Positions 15,587 to 23,103 of a stretch of 25,981 nt of DNA are shown piece after piece. Each line of letters opens with the position of its first letter. Position 1 is the first letter of the stretch. Source of the DNA: Stenomitos sp. (lineage in GTDB: Bacteria; Cyanobacteriota; Sericytochromatia; S15B-MN24; UBA4093). The stretch is from NCBI GenBank assembly GCA_036704085.1, contig DATNQJ010000601.1, positions 1-25,981 on the forward strand, in the 5' to 3' direction. Below the pieces are notes generated by a model. The model was not told the origin of the DNA, did not search any database, and saw nothing but the letters and a program-made list of their open reading frames with translations. The position numbers were made by a program, and so were the translations under genes.

Positions 15587-17401
15587 ATGTTGAAGCGGGT
15601 GTGTGTGGTCCTCGTAACCCTGGGGCTCCTCGCAGCCCCCCTGCGCTACATGGCCTCCCAGGGGCCCGAAGCCTGGGCGGGCGACGCTCGCTCGCAGCGC
15701 AAGCCGCAGGCGGTGCGCTACTTCGGCATGCAGGCCATCCCCAAGTTCGATGAGACCTCGGGCCATGGGTCCTGGAACGGCTCGCGAGCCCGCGGCCTCG
15801 CCATGCACCAGGACCTCGGCGTGCAGCTGAGCCGGGAAGGCTACATCTGGCTCCATGACGAGCCCGAGCCCAACCAGCACCCCAACCAGGGAGACTTCGA
15901 CGACGCCGTCCACCGCTGCCAGCAGGCGGGCATCGCCGTCCAGCTCATGATCACCGACACCCCCTACTGGGCCTCGAGCGCGCCCAACAAGGTGCCGGAC
16001 CAGCCGGACACCTTCCGGCACGCGCCGCCCCTCAACCTCTACGACCCCATCTTCACGGACGGCACGGACGTGCCCGGCAAGGGCAAGCAAGTGAACCCCC
16101 GCAACTACTGGGCGCGGATGCTCGCCCGGGTGGCGACCCGCTACCAGGGGGCCGTCCGGTACTACCAGGTCTGGAACGAGCCGGACTACCCGCGGGGCGA
16201 CCAGGGCGCCAACTTCAAGGATGCCGAGCGCTCCTGGCAGGGCAGCGTGGGCGACTACGTGCGCATGCTCCAAGTCGCCCACATGGTCGTCAAGTCCGTG
16301 GATCCCCAGGCCTCCATCGTCACGGGGGGCATCGGGTACGTGGACTACCTCACGAGCATGATCGGCAAGGGCGCGGGCGCCTACTTCGACGCGGTGGACT
16401 TCCACGCCTACGGAGGCCCCGGCTCGGACACGGCCCTTCGGGCCTTCCTCTCCCTGCACGGCAAGCTGCGGCAGGCCCTGCGGCACGCCGGGCTCCACAA
16501 GGGGCTCATGTGCTCCGAGACGGGCTACCCCTCGGCCGATCCCGAGGGGCAGGCCGACTACATCCCCAAGCTCTACGCCACGGGCCTCGCGCTCGGCCTG
16601 GAGGGGATCATCTGGTACAGCAACACCAACCCCAGCTGGCACCAGATGGGCCTGATCGACTGGCACCGCATGCAGCAGCGCACGGCGGGCTACTGGTCCT
16701 ACAAGACGACCTCGACGGCGCTCGCAGGGACGACCTACGCGGGCAAGCTCCCCCTGGATCCTCGCCTGGTGGCCTACCGCTTCAAGGCGGGCAAGCGGGA
16801 GGTGCTGGTCGCCTGGGCCCCGCACCGCGATGCCCGGCATCCCATCCCCTGGGTGACTCCGGACAAGGGATCGTGGCGCCTGGTGATGCCGGACGGCCGG
16901 ACCCGGCGCCTGGCGCCGGGCAGCCGGCTGCCCCTGTGGTCGCGTCCGGTCATCCTGGATTCGGATCCGCGCGTGGCCTACGCGCCCGCCCGGCCCAATC
17001 CGCCCCGCTATGCGGGGGCCTATGAGGTACTCGGCGCCGAGGCCATGGCGAGCGAGCCGGGAGGCTTCCATGAGGCGGAGCTCGCCATCGATGGCGACCC
17101 GGACACCGAATGGGTGGGCACGGGCGACAACCAGTTCACGGTGCGCCTGGCCCGACGGAGCATGCTCAAGGGGCTGTCTCTCAAGACCGGTCCCATGGAC
17201 GGCGGGGTCATCGAGGTCCAGCTCTCCGAGGACGGCAAGACCTTCCGGACCGTCCTCTCGGGGCTCAGCTTCAGCGACTGGGGGACGCACGAGGTCGAGT
17301 TCCCGGCGCCTGCGGCCGCCATGCAGCTCAGGCTGGTGTTCAAGCAGGCGCCGGATCGGTCCACGGGCAGTGCGCGGCTGTTCGAGGTGCTGCTGCGCTA
17401 A
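15587..17401 (+). CDS. Secreted clan GH-A glycoside hydrolase (GH39/GH5-like) with a C-terminal F5/8-type (discoidin/CBM32-like) domain
   Basis: N-terminal hydrophobic segment, acid/base motif YYQVWNEPD, DFHAY, nucleophile motif CSETGY, and C-terminal AIDGDPDTEW...SEDGKTF...LFEV. Start re-called at ATG 15587 after GAGGGG. Confidence 0.8.
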   Translation: MLKRVCVVLVTLGLLAAPLRYMASQGPEAWAGDARSQRKPQAVRYFGMQAIPKFDETSGHGSWNGSRARGLAMHQDLGVQLSREGYIWLHDEPEPNQHPNQGDFDDAVHRCQQAGIAVQLMITDTPYWASSAPNKVPDQPDTFRHAPPLNLYDPIFTDGTDVPGKGKQVNPRNYWARMLARVATRYQGAVRYYQVWNEPDYPRGDQGANFKDAERSWQGSVGDYVRMLQVAHMVVKSVDPQASIVTGGIGYVDYLTSMIGKGAGAYFDAVDFHAYGGPGSDTALRAFLSLHGKLRQALRHAGLHKGLMCSETGYPSADPEGQADYIPKLYATGLALGLEGIIWYSNTNPSWHQMGLIDWHRMQQRTAGYWSYKTTSTALAGTTYAGKLPLDPRLVAYRFKAGKREVLVAWAPHRDARHPIPWVTPDKGSWRLVMPDGRTRRLAPGSRLPLWSRPVILDSDPRVAYAPARPNPPRYAGAYEVLGAEAMASEPGGFHEAELAIDGDPDTEWVGTGDNQFTVRLARRSMLKGLSLKTGPMDGGVIEVQLSEDGKTFRTVLSGLSFSDWGTHEVEFPAPAAAMQLRLVFKQAPDRSTGSARLFEVLLR

Positions 17402-17464
17402 GACGCTGCGTCGTCATGAGCGCAAGGCAATATCGAGCGGCAGGGCTACCACCGGCGCCATTGC

Positions 17465-17494
17465 TTTACAAGGCAAAAGGGCCCCGGCTATAAT
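17465..17494 (+). promoter_or_regulatory. sigma70 promoter of the MqnA-like gene
   Basis: TTTACA (17465-17470), 18 nt, TATAAT (17489-17494). Confidence 0.7.
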
Positions 17495-17533
17495 CACGGC
17501 ATTTCCTGCCCCGCCCCTATCCGAGGACCCCTC

Positions 17534-18319
17534 ATGCGTAAGATCGGCGAGACCCACTACCTCTCGACGCTGTCCTTGACCTACCCGCTCAAGACGGGCG
17601 TGGTCGCCTCGGATGACGAGCTGGTGCCGGGTGGGCTCACCGAGCTCTCCGCGCAGCTGGTCGCAGGCGACCTGGACGCGGGCCCCATCTCCGTCATCGA
17701 GTACCTGCGGCACCGCGAGCGCTTCGAGCGCATCCCCAACCTCAGCGTCTCCAGCTGGGGCCGGGCGGGTTGCGGGCTCCTCTTCAGCACCCAGCCCATC
17801 GGCCACCCGGCGGGCCACGAGATCGCCATCCCCAGCCGGACGGCCGGCGCCGTCTACCTCCTGCGCAGCCTCATGACCGAGATGTACGGCGTCGAGCCGC
17901 GCTTCGTCGAGCACGCGGGCTCGCTCGAGGAGCTGTTGGCCGAGCACGGGGCCGCCCTCCTCTTCGAGGACGAGGCCCTCATCGCGAGCCAGTCGGTGCC
18001 CTCGGACGTGGAGGTCTGGGACCTGGGCGACGCCTGGTGGCAGCTGACCAACACGCCGCTCATCTACATGCTCTGGGTGACCCAGGCCAAGCTCCCCGAA
18101 GAGGACCGGCAGGCGATCGCCGAGACCCTCGCGCAGTCCAAGACGGCTGCCGTCGCCGTGCGGCCGCAGCTGGTCGCCGAGGCCTCAAAGCGCACGGGCC
18201 TCGCCGAGGGGGTCATCGAGGGCTTCATGGGCCGCTTCAACTACGACTTCACGCCCGCGCACGAGCAGGGCCTCACGCTGCTCGACCAGATCCTGATGCG
18301 CCCGGAACTGAAGGCGTAG
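17534..18319 (+). CDS. MqnA/MqnD-family (chorismate dehydratase-like) protein, divergent
   Basis: Family-like blocks TELSAQLVAGDLDAGPISVIEY, IPNLSVSS, AALLFED.AL and VWDLGDAWWQLTNTPLIYMLW. Several expected motifs differ, so no gene symbol is given. Confidence 0.8.
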   Translation: MRKIGETHYLSTLSLTYPLKTGVVASDDELVPGGLTELSAQLVAGDLDAGPISVIEYLRHRERFERIPNLSVSSWGRAGCGLLFSTQPIGHPAGHEIAIPSRTAGAVYLLRSLMTEMYGVEPRFVEHAGSLEELLAEHGAALLFEDEALIASQSVPSDVEVWDLGDAWWQLTNTPLIYMLWVTQAKLPEEDRQAIAETLAQSKTAAVAVRPQLVAEASKRTGLAEGVIEGFMGRFNYDFTPAHEQGLTLLDQILMRPELKA

Positions 18320-18329
18320 ACGACCATGG

Positions 18330-18364
18330 AAAAGGCCTCGACCCGTTGGGTCGAGGCCTTTTTT
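18330..18364. terminator. Bidirectional rho-independent terminator
   Basis: AAAAGGCCTCGACCC-GTT-GGGTCGAGGCCTTTTTT between convergent genes. Confidence 0.9.
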
Positions 18365-18375
18365 CTTGGCGCTGG

Positions 18376-19317
18376 TTACCAGCGCCCTTCCACCGGGTTC
18401 TTCTGCGCCGGCACCGTGCGCAGGTAGGCCACCATGGCCTTGATGTCCTCGTCGTTGATACCGTTGTAGTTGGGCCACATCATGGGCGGACGCAGGGTCT
18501 TGCCGTCCGGCCGCTGGCCGAAGCGGATCGCGTTGGCGATCTGCGCGTCGGTCCAGGAACCGATACCCGTCGCCACGTCCGGCGAGATGTTCGGGACCTT
18601 GATGCCCTTGCCCTCGGGGCCGAGGCCCTCCCCCTTGAAGAAGGCACCGCCCGCAAACGCGCGGCTCACGTCCGGACCCGCCGCCCCCATGGGCGAGTGG
18701 CACTCCGCACAACCCGCCATCTTGACCAGGTAGCGGCCACGGGCGATCGGGTCGTTGGCCGGCGGCGCCACCGGAGCGTCCAGCTTCTTGGGGAAGGTGT
18801 TGGCCAGCATGTTGAGCGGGAAGCCGATCTCGTTGGCCGGAACCCGGTTCTCCACCGGCTTGATGGTGCGCATGAAGGCGACGAGCGCATAGGCATCGTC
18901 GTCGCTCAGCTCGTGGTAGTTCATGTAAGGCATCATCGGCATCAGGGGGCGGCCGTCACGGCTCACGCCCTCGCGCAGGGCGCGCAGGATCTCGCCGTCC
19001 GTCCAGCTGCCGAGCCCCGTCTTGGGGTCCGACGTGAGGTTCGCCGAGAAGACCTTGGCTGGCGCGCCGAACTCGGGCCCGAACATGTTGCCGCCTGCCG
19101 CGAACTTGGTCAGGTCGGGCTTGAAGGTCTTGGGATCGAGGGTCGTGTGGCAGCCCGTGCAGTCCATGACGTGCTTGAAGAGGTACTGGCCCCGCGCCAC
19201 CATCTCGGGGGTCTTGGGAACCGTCACCTCGGGGGCCGGGCGCACATCGGCGCGCATGACCGCGCAACCGGAGAGGAGGGAGACCGCCATCACGGTCCCT
19301 GCCAGGAAGACTTTCAT
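18376..19317 (-). CDS. Dihaem c-type cytochrome lipoprotein
   Basis: Lipobox SLLSG-C. Two CxxCH motifs (CTGCH, CAECH) in an internally duplicated domain (ARG.YL...N(L/I)(T/S).D..TG(L/I)GSWTD..I). Candidate Met ligands in PMMPY and PPMMW. Confidence 0.9.
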   Translation of the reverse strand: MKVFLAGTVMAVSLLSGCAVMRADVRPAPEVTVPKTPEMVARGQYLFKHVMDCTGCHTTLDPKTFKPDLTKFAAGGNMFGPEFGAPAKVFSANLTSDPKTGLGSWTDGEILRALREGVSRDGRPLMPMMPYMNYHELSDDDAYALVAFMRTIKPVENRVPANEIGFPLNMLANTFPKKLDAPVAPPANDPIARGRYLVKMAGCAECHSPMGAAGPDVSRAFAGGAFFKGEGLGPEGKGIKVPNISPDVATGIGSWTDAQIANAIRFGQRPDGKTLRPPMMWPNYNGINDEDIKAMVAYLRTVPAQKNPVEGRW

Positions 19318-19593
19318 GGTGTCAGCAGCCTTTCTCTAAGAACGTTCCAATGAAGCAGGTACCTCCTCATACCCTAGCTTGGCCGCCTTGAAAACGAGGC
19401 AGTCGCTCTTGGGGTGAAAAAGCACGACCCGGAAACAGGCGGCTGCGCCTCCACCAGCCCGGTGGGAATCCTCATGCTCCGCCCCCGCGGCGCTGCGAAG
19501 CCCCTGGAGGCGGGCAACTAGGCGATGACAGCAGCGTCTCGAGAGGGTACAGGTGGTTCGAATGGACCACTCCCTTCCTATGGAGAACACAAG

Positions 19594-21114
19594 ATGCTCT
19601 ACGCTGCTCCCGGTACCGACGGCGCCAAGATCGCCTTCAAGGCCCGCTACGATAACTTCATCGGCGGCCAGTGGGTCGCTCCGCTCAAGGGCGACTACTT
19701 CGACGTCATCACCCCGATCAACGGAAAGTCCTACACCCAGGCTGCCCGCTCTGGCGCCGAAGACATCGAACTGGCGCTGGATGCCGCCCATGCGGCGGCC
19801 GACAGGTGGGGCCGCACGCCGGCCGCCGAGCGCAGCAATCTGCTGCTCAAGATCGCCGATCGCATGGAAGCCAATCTCGAGCTTCTCGCCTACGCCGAGA
19901 CGGTGGACAACGGCAAGCCGATTCGCGAGACCTTGAACGCCGACATTCCGCTCGCCATCGATCACTTCCGCTACTTCGCGGGCTGCCTGCGCTCGCAGGA
20001 AGGCGGCATCAGCGACCTCGACGAGCACACCGTCGCCTATCACTTTCATGAGCCGCTGGGCGTCGTCGGCCAGATCATTCCGTGGAACTTCCCGATCCTG
20101 ATGGCCGCCTGGAAGCTGGCCCCCGCCATCGGGGCCGGCAACTGCGTGGTCTTGAAGCCCGCCGAATCGACCCCGATCAGCCTCATGATCCTGGTCGAGC
20201 TGATCGCGGACCTGCTGCCGCCCGGCGTGCTCAACGTCGTCAACGGCTTCGGCAAGGAAGCCGGCATGCCGCTGGCCTCCAGCCGCCGTATCGCCAAGAT
20301 CGCCTTTACTGGCTCGACGGCGACCGGCCGCGTCATCGCCCAGGCCGCGGCCGCCAACCTGATTCCGGCCACGCTGGAGCTGGGCGGCAAGTCGCCCAAT
20401 CTCTTCTTCGAGGATATCGCTCGCGCCGACGACAGCTTCCTGGACAAGGCCATCGAGGGTCTCGTGCTGTTCGCCTTCAACCAGGGCGAGGTGTGCACCT
20501 GCCCGTCCCGCGCCCTGATCCAGGAGTCGATCTACGACGCGTTCATGGATCGCTGCCTGACCCGCATCAAGGCCATCAAACAGGGGAGCCCGCTGGATAC
20601 CGAGACCATGGTCGGCGCGCAAGCCTCGCAGGCCCAGATGACCAAGATCATGTCCTACCTCGATCTGGGCAAACAGGAAGGCGCCCAGGTGCTGATCGGC
20701 GGAGATCGGGCGCACCTCGACGGGGACCTGGAAGGCGGCTATTACATCCAGCCGACGCTGTTCAAGGGCCACAACAAGATGCGCATCTTCCAGGAAGAGA
20801 TCTTCGGCCCGGTGCTCGCCGTGACCACCTTCAAGGACGAAGCGCAGGCGCTGGAGATCGCCAATGACACGCCCTACGGTCTTGGCGCCGGCGTGTGGTG
20901 CCGCGATGCCAACACCGCCTACCGCATGGGGCGGGGCCTCAAGGCCGGCCGGGTTTGGACCAACTGTTACCACACCTACCCGGCGCACGCCGCCTTCGGC
21001 GGATACAAGGAATCCGGCATCGGCCGCGAAACCCACCGGGTGATGCTCGATCACTACCAACAGACCAAGAACCTGCTGGTCAGCTACAGCGAGCAGAAGG
21101 TCGGTTTGTTCTAA
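19594..21114 (+). CDS. NAD-dependent aldehyde dehydrogenase (AldB/ExaC type), 506 aa
   Basis: [19 protein letters not shown], catalytic Glu in LELGGKSP, catalytic Cys in [16 protein letters not shown] and [12 protein letters not shown]. Start re-called at ATG 19594 after GGAGA. Confidence 0.96.
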   Translation: MLYAAPGTDGAKIAFKARYDNFIGGQWVAPLKGDYFDVITPINGKSYTQAARSGAEDIELALDAAHAAADRWGRTPAAERSNLLLKIADRMEANLELLAYAETVDNGKPIRETLNADIPLAIDHFRYFAGCLRSQEGGISDLDEHTVAYHFHEPLGVVGQIIPWNFPILMAAWKLAPAIGAGNCVVLKPAESTPISLMILVELIADLLPPGVLNVVNGFGKEAGMPLASSRRIAKIAFTGSTATGRVIAQAAAANLIPATLELGGKSPNLFFEDIARADDSFLDKAIEGLVLFAFNQGEVCTCPSRALIQESIYDAFMDRCLTRIKAIKQGSPLDTETMVGAQASQAQMTKIMSYLDLGKQEGAQVLIGGDRAHLDGDLEGGYYIQPTLFKGHNKMRIFQEEIFGPVLAVTTFKDEAQALEIANDTPYGLGAGVWCRDANTAYRMGRGLKAGRVWTNCYHTYPAHAAFGGYKESGIGRETHRVMLDHYQQTKNLLVSYSEQKVGLF

Positions 21115-21233
21115 CGTCGACGACTCGCCCTGAAAACAACGTCGGACGCGCGCGGGCCTCTGGACTCGCTAAGACCCGCGCGGTCGACCTTGGTGAGGGA
21201 GCGGACCACCAGGTCGTAGGAGTGGTCGATCAT
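21111..21233 (-). pseudogene. 3' remnant of an MmcQ/YjbR-family gene
   Basis: The minus strand reads MIDHSYDLVVRSLTKVDRAGL, matching the IDHSYDLVV..L.K..R..L C-terminus I recall for MmcQ/YjbR proteins. The upstream part is missing and is replaced by the tRNA terminator. Not in the ORF track. Confidence 0.6.
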
Positions 21234-21257
21234 GCGCTGGCGATCAGCGCGTAAAAT

Positions 21258-21291
21258 AAGGCCCTGAACCGGTTTTCCGGTTCAGGGCCTT
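21258..21291 (-). terminator. Terminator of tRNA-Leu
   Basis: Perfect 15-bp stem AAGGCCCTGAACCGG-(AAAA)-CCGGTTCAGGGCCTT, followed by ATTTT on the minus strand, starting 3 nt after the discriminator base. Confidence 0.85.
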
Positions 21292-21294
21292 GAG

Positions 21295-21377
21295 TGCGGA
21301 AGAGAGGACTTGAACCTCCAAGGGGTTGCCCCCACATGCTCCTGAGGCATGCGCGTCTGCCATTTCGCCACTTCCGC
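21295..21377 (-). tRNA. tRNA-Leu(CAG), CCA not encoded
   Basis: Minus strand GCGGAAG acceptor stem pairing with CTTCCGC-A. D-arm TGGCGAAATGGCAGACGC. Anticodon arm CATGC-CTCAGGA-GCATG. Long variable arm GGGGCAACCCC. T-arm GGTTCAAGTCC. 83 nt. Confidence 0.97.
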
Positions 21378-21389
21378 GCGATTGAATTA

Positions 21390-21418
21390 ACTATAGCACA
21401 AGCTCTTCTTGAAGTAAA
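21390..21418 (-). promoter_or_regulatory. sigma70 promoter of tRNA-Leu
   Basis: TTTACT (21418-21413), 17 nt, TG-extended TATAGT (21395-21390). Confidence 0.75.
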
Positions 21419-21449
21419 GCTTGTCCTGAGCCTGGTCGAAGGACCCTTC

Positions 21450-22283
21450 CTAAGTTTGAGGAGAAATCGATCCCTCGGAGCCCGTCCCGGCGGCCGGAGC
21501 CGGGCGCCGAGCCCGCATCGTGACCCACAGGACGAGGCCGAGCCCGATCAGGACCATGGGCACGCTCAGGAGCTGCCCCATGGAGAAGGGACCGACCACG
21601 AAGCCCAGCTGCGCGTCCGGGTTGCGGAAGAACTCGACGGTGATGCGGCTCAGGCCGTAGCCCATCAGGAAGGTCCCGAGCAGCGTGCCGTTCGGCAGGC
21701 GCAGGCGGCTGAGGCCGAACATGAGGCTGAAGAGCAGGATGCCCTCGAGGCCGAACTCGTAGAGCTGCGACGGGTGGCGCGGCAGGCCGAGCGGATCGGT
21801 CGGGAAGACCATCGCCCAGGGCACGCTGGTGGGACGCCCCCACAGCTCGGCGTTGATGAAGTTGCCGAGGCGGCCGAGGCCGAGGCCGAGCGGGACCGCG
21901 ACCATCACGATGTCCGCCATCTCGAGGAAGTTGAGCTTCATCTTGCGGCAGTAGAGCCAGCCCGCGAGGATGGTGCCGATGAGGCCCCCGTGGAACGACA
22001 TGCCCCCGTGCCACACGGCGAGGATCTCGAGCGGATGCGCGAGGTACTCCTTGAAGTTGTAGAAGAGGATGTAGCCGACGCGCCCGCCCAGGATCACGCC
22101 CATGATGAGGTACATGATCATGTCGGCCACGTCGCTGTCGGTCATGAGCTGGCGACGCCGCGTCTGACCGCGCACGATGAAGTAGGTCAGGATGAAGCCC
22201 AGACCGTACATCACGCCGTACCAGTGGACCTTCACGGGACCGAGGCTGAGGGCAACCGGATTCAGGGGTGGATATTGCAACAT
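21450..22283 (-). CDS. lgt: Prolipoprotein diacylglyceryl transferase
   Basis: HWYGVMY, GGRVGY, GGMSFHGG, GRLGNFINAELWGRPT, RHPSQLYE and EFFRNPD, with multiple TM segments. Confidence 0.97.
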   Translation of the reverse strand: MLQYPPLNPVALSLGPVKVHWYGVMYGLGFILTYFIVRGQTRRRQLMTDSDVADMIMYLIMGVILGGRVGYILFYNFKEYLAHPLEILAVWHGGMSFHGGLIGTILAGWLYCRKMKLNFLEMADIVMVAVPLGLGLGRLGNFINAELWGRPTSVPWAMVFPTDPLGLPRHPSQLYEFGLEGILLFSLMFGLSRLRLPNGTLLGTFLMGYGLSRITVEFFRNPDAQLGFVVGPFSMGQLLSVPMVLIGLGLVLWVTMRARRPAPAAGTGSEGSISPQT

Positions 22284-22452
22284 GCCTCCAGTCTAACATG
22301 CCCCGAACCGGGTCACATGGGGATCAGACCGGTTTCGCGATCGGAAGTTTCATCCAGTCTTCATCGGGATCCCACGCCGCTTAACGGAGTCGCAACACGG
22401 ATGACGCCGATTCGGGACATAAGAGACTTGGCCAGTCGGCCAAGGAGGCGCC

Positions 22453-23103
22453 ATGCGACGTATCGGCTGGGCGATCGCCGTATCCGGACTCATCCTCGCC
22501 CTCTGCACCGGGGTCGCGGGGGCGCTGCCGGCCGGCAACCAATTCTTCATCAGCCAGATGCGGGATCCCGCCTGGAACCCCGAGGGCCCCGAATGGAGCG
22601 CCAACTGCGGGCCCGCTTGCCTCGCCATGGCCTTCAAGGCCTTCGGCAGCGTGGACCCCAAGGCCCCTCCGCAGGCGCTGATCCGCCACATGCGCCGCGC
22701 CATCACGGGGTCCGCCAACGACCTCGACGTGACCAGCCTCGACGACGTGCGGCAAGCAGCCGAACGCTTCGGCCTCGAGACGGGATTGGTCTACGGACCC
22801 GAGGCCGTCCAGGCGGCCCTCCAGGCGGGACGGCTCGTCATCGCGGCGGGCAATCCGCGCGCCTACAACGCGCGCTTCGCCGCCAAGGACTATCAGGCCT
22901 TCTCGGGGGCCCACTTCGTGCTCGTCACCCAGGCCGACGCCGACGGCTACTGGATCAACGATCCCCTCTCGCGGGTGGGCGCCCTGCACATCACGGCTCC
23001 CGAGCTTGCGGCCTTCATGGGCTACCGGAGGTGGGACGTGGGCCTCAGCCTCGCCCCGCCGCAGCTAAAGGCCCGACAGGTGCTGCTCGAAGCGCAGCGC
23101 TAG
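22453..23103 (+). CDS. Secreted C39-like (papain-fold) cysteine peptidase family protein
   Basis: AAGGAGG RBS and a signal peptide. SQMRD...NCGPACLAMA (Gln and Cys), GAHFVLV (His) and INDP (Asp). Confidence 0.8.
   Translation: MRRIGWAIAVSGLILALCTGVAGALPAGNQFFISQMRDPAWNPEGPEWSANCGPACLAMAFKAFGSVDPKAPPQALIRHMRRAITGSANDLDVTSLDDVRQAAERFGLETGLVYGPEAVQAALQAGRLVIAAGNPRAYNARFAAKDYQAFSGAHFVLVTQADADGYWINDPLSRVGALHITAPELAAFMGYRRWDVGLSLAPPQLKARQVLLEAQR

Noticed and set aside
19414-19521. Small ORF MKKHDPETGGCASTSPVGILMLRPRGAAKPLEAGN upstream of the ALDH
   Set aside because: No RBS, no recognisable motif, and only 35 aa, which is expected by chance.
19551-19575. GGTGGTTCGAATGGACCACT resembles a tRNA T-arm and might be an att remnant
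   Set aside because: It does not match the 3' end of the tRNA-Leu here (GGTTCAAGTCCTCTCTTCCGCA), and no acceptor-stem remnant is present. Probably a chance 5-bp hairpin.
22300-22445. Alternative-sigma promoter (GCCGAT-like) in the lgt / C39 divergent spacer
   Set aside because: The spacing to any plausible -35 element does not fit the sigma28 consensus, so no promoter was called.
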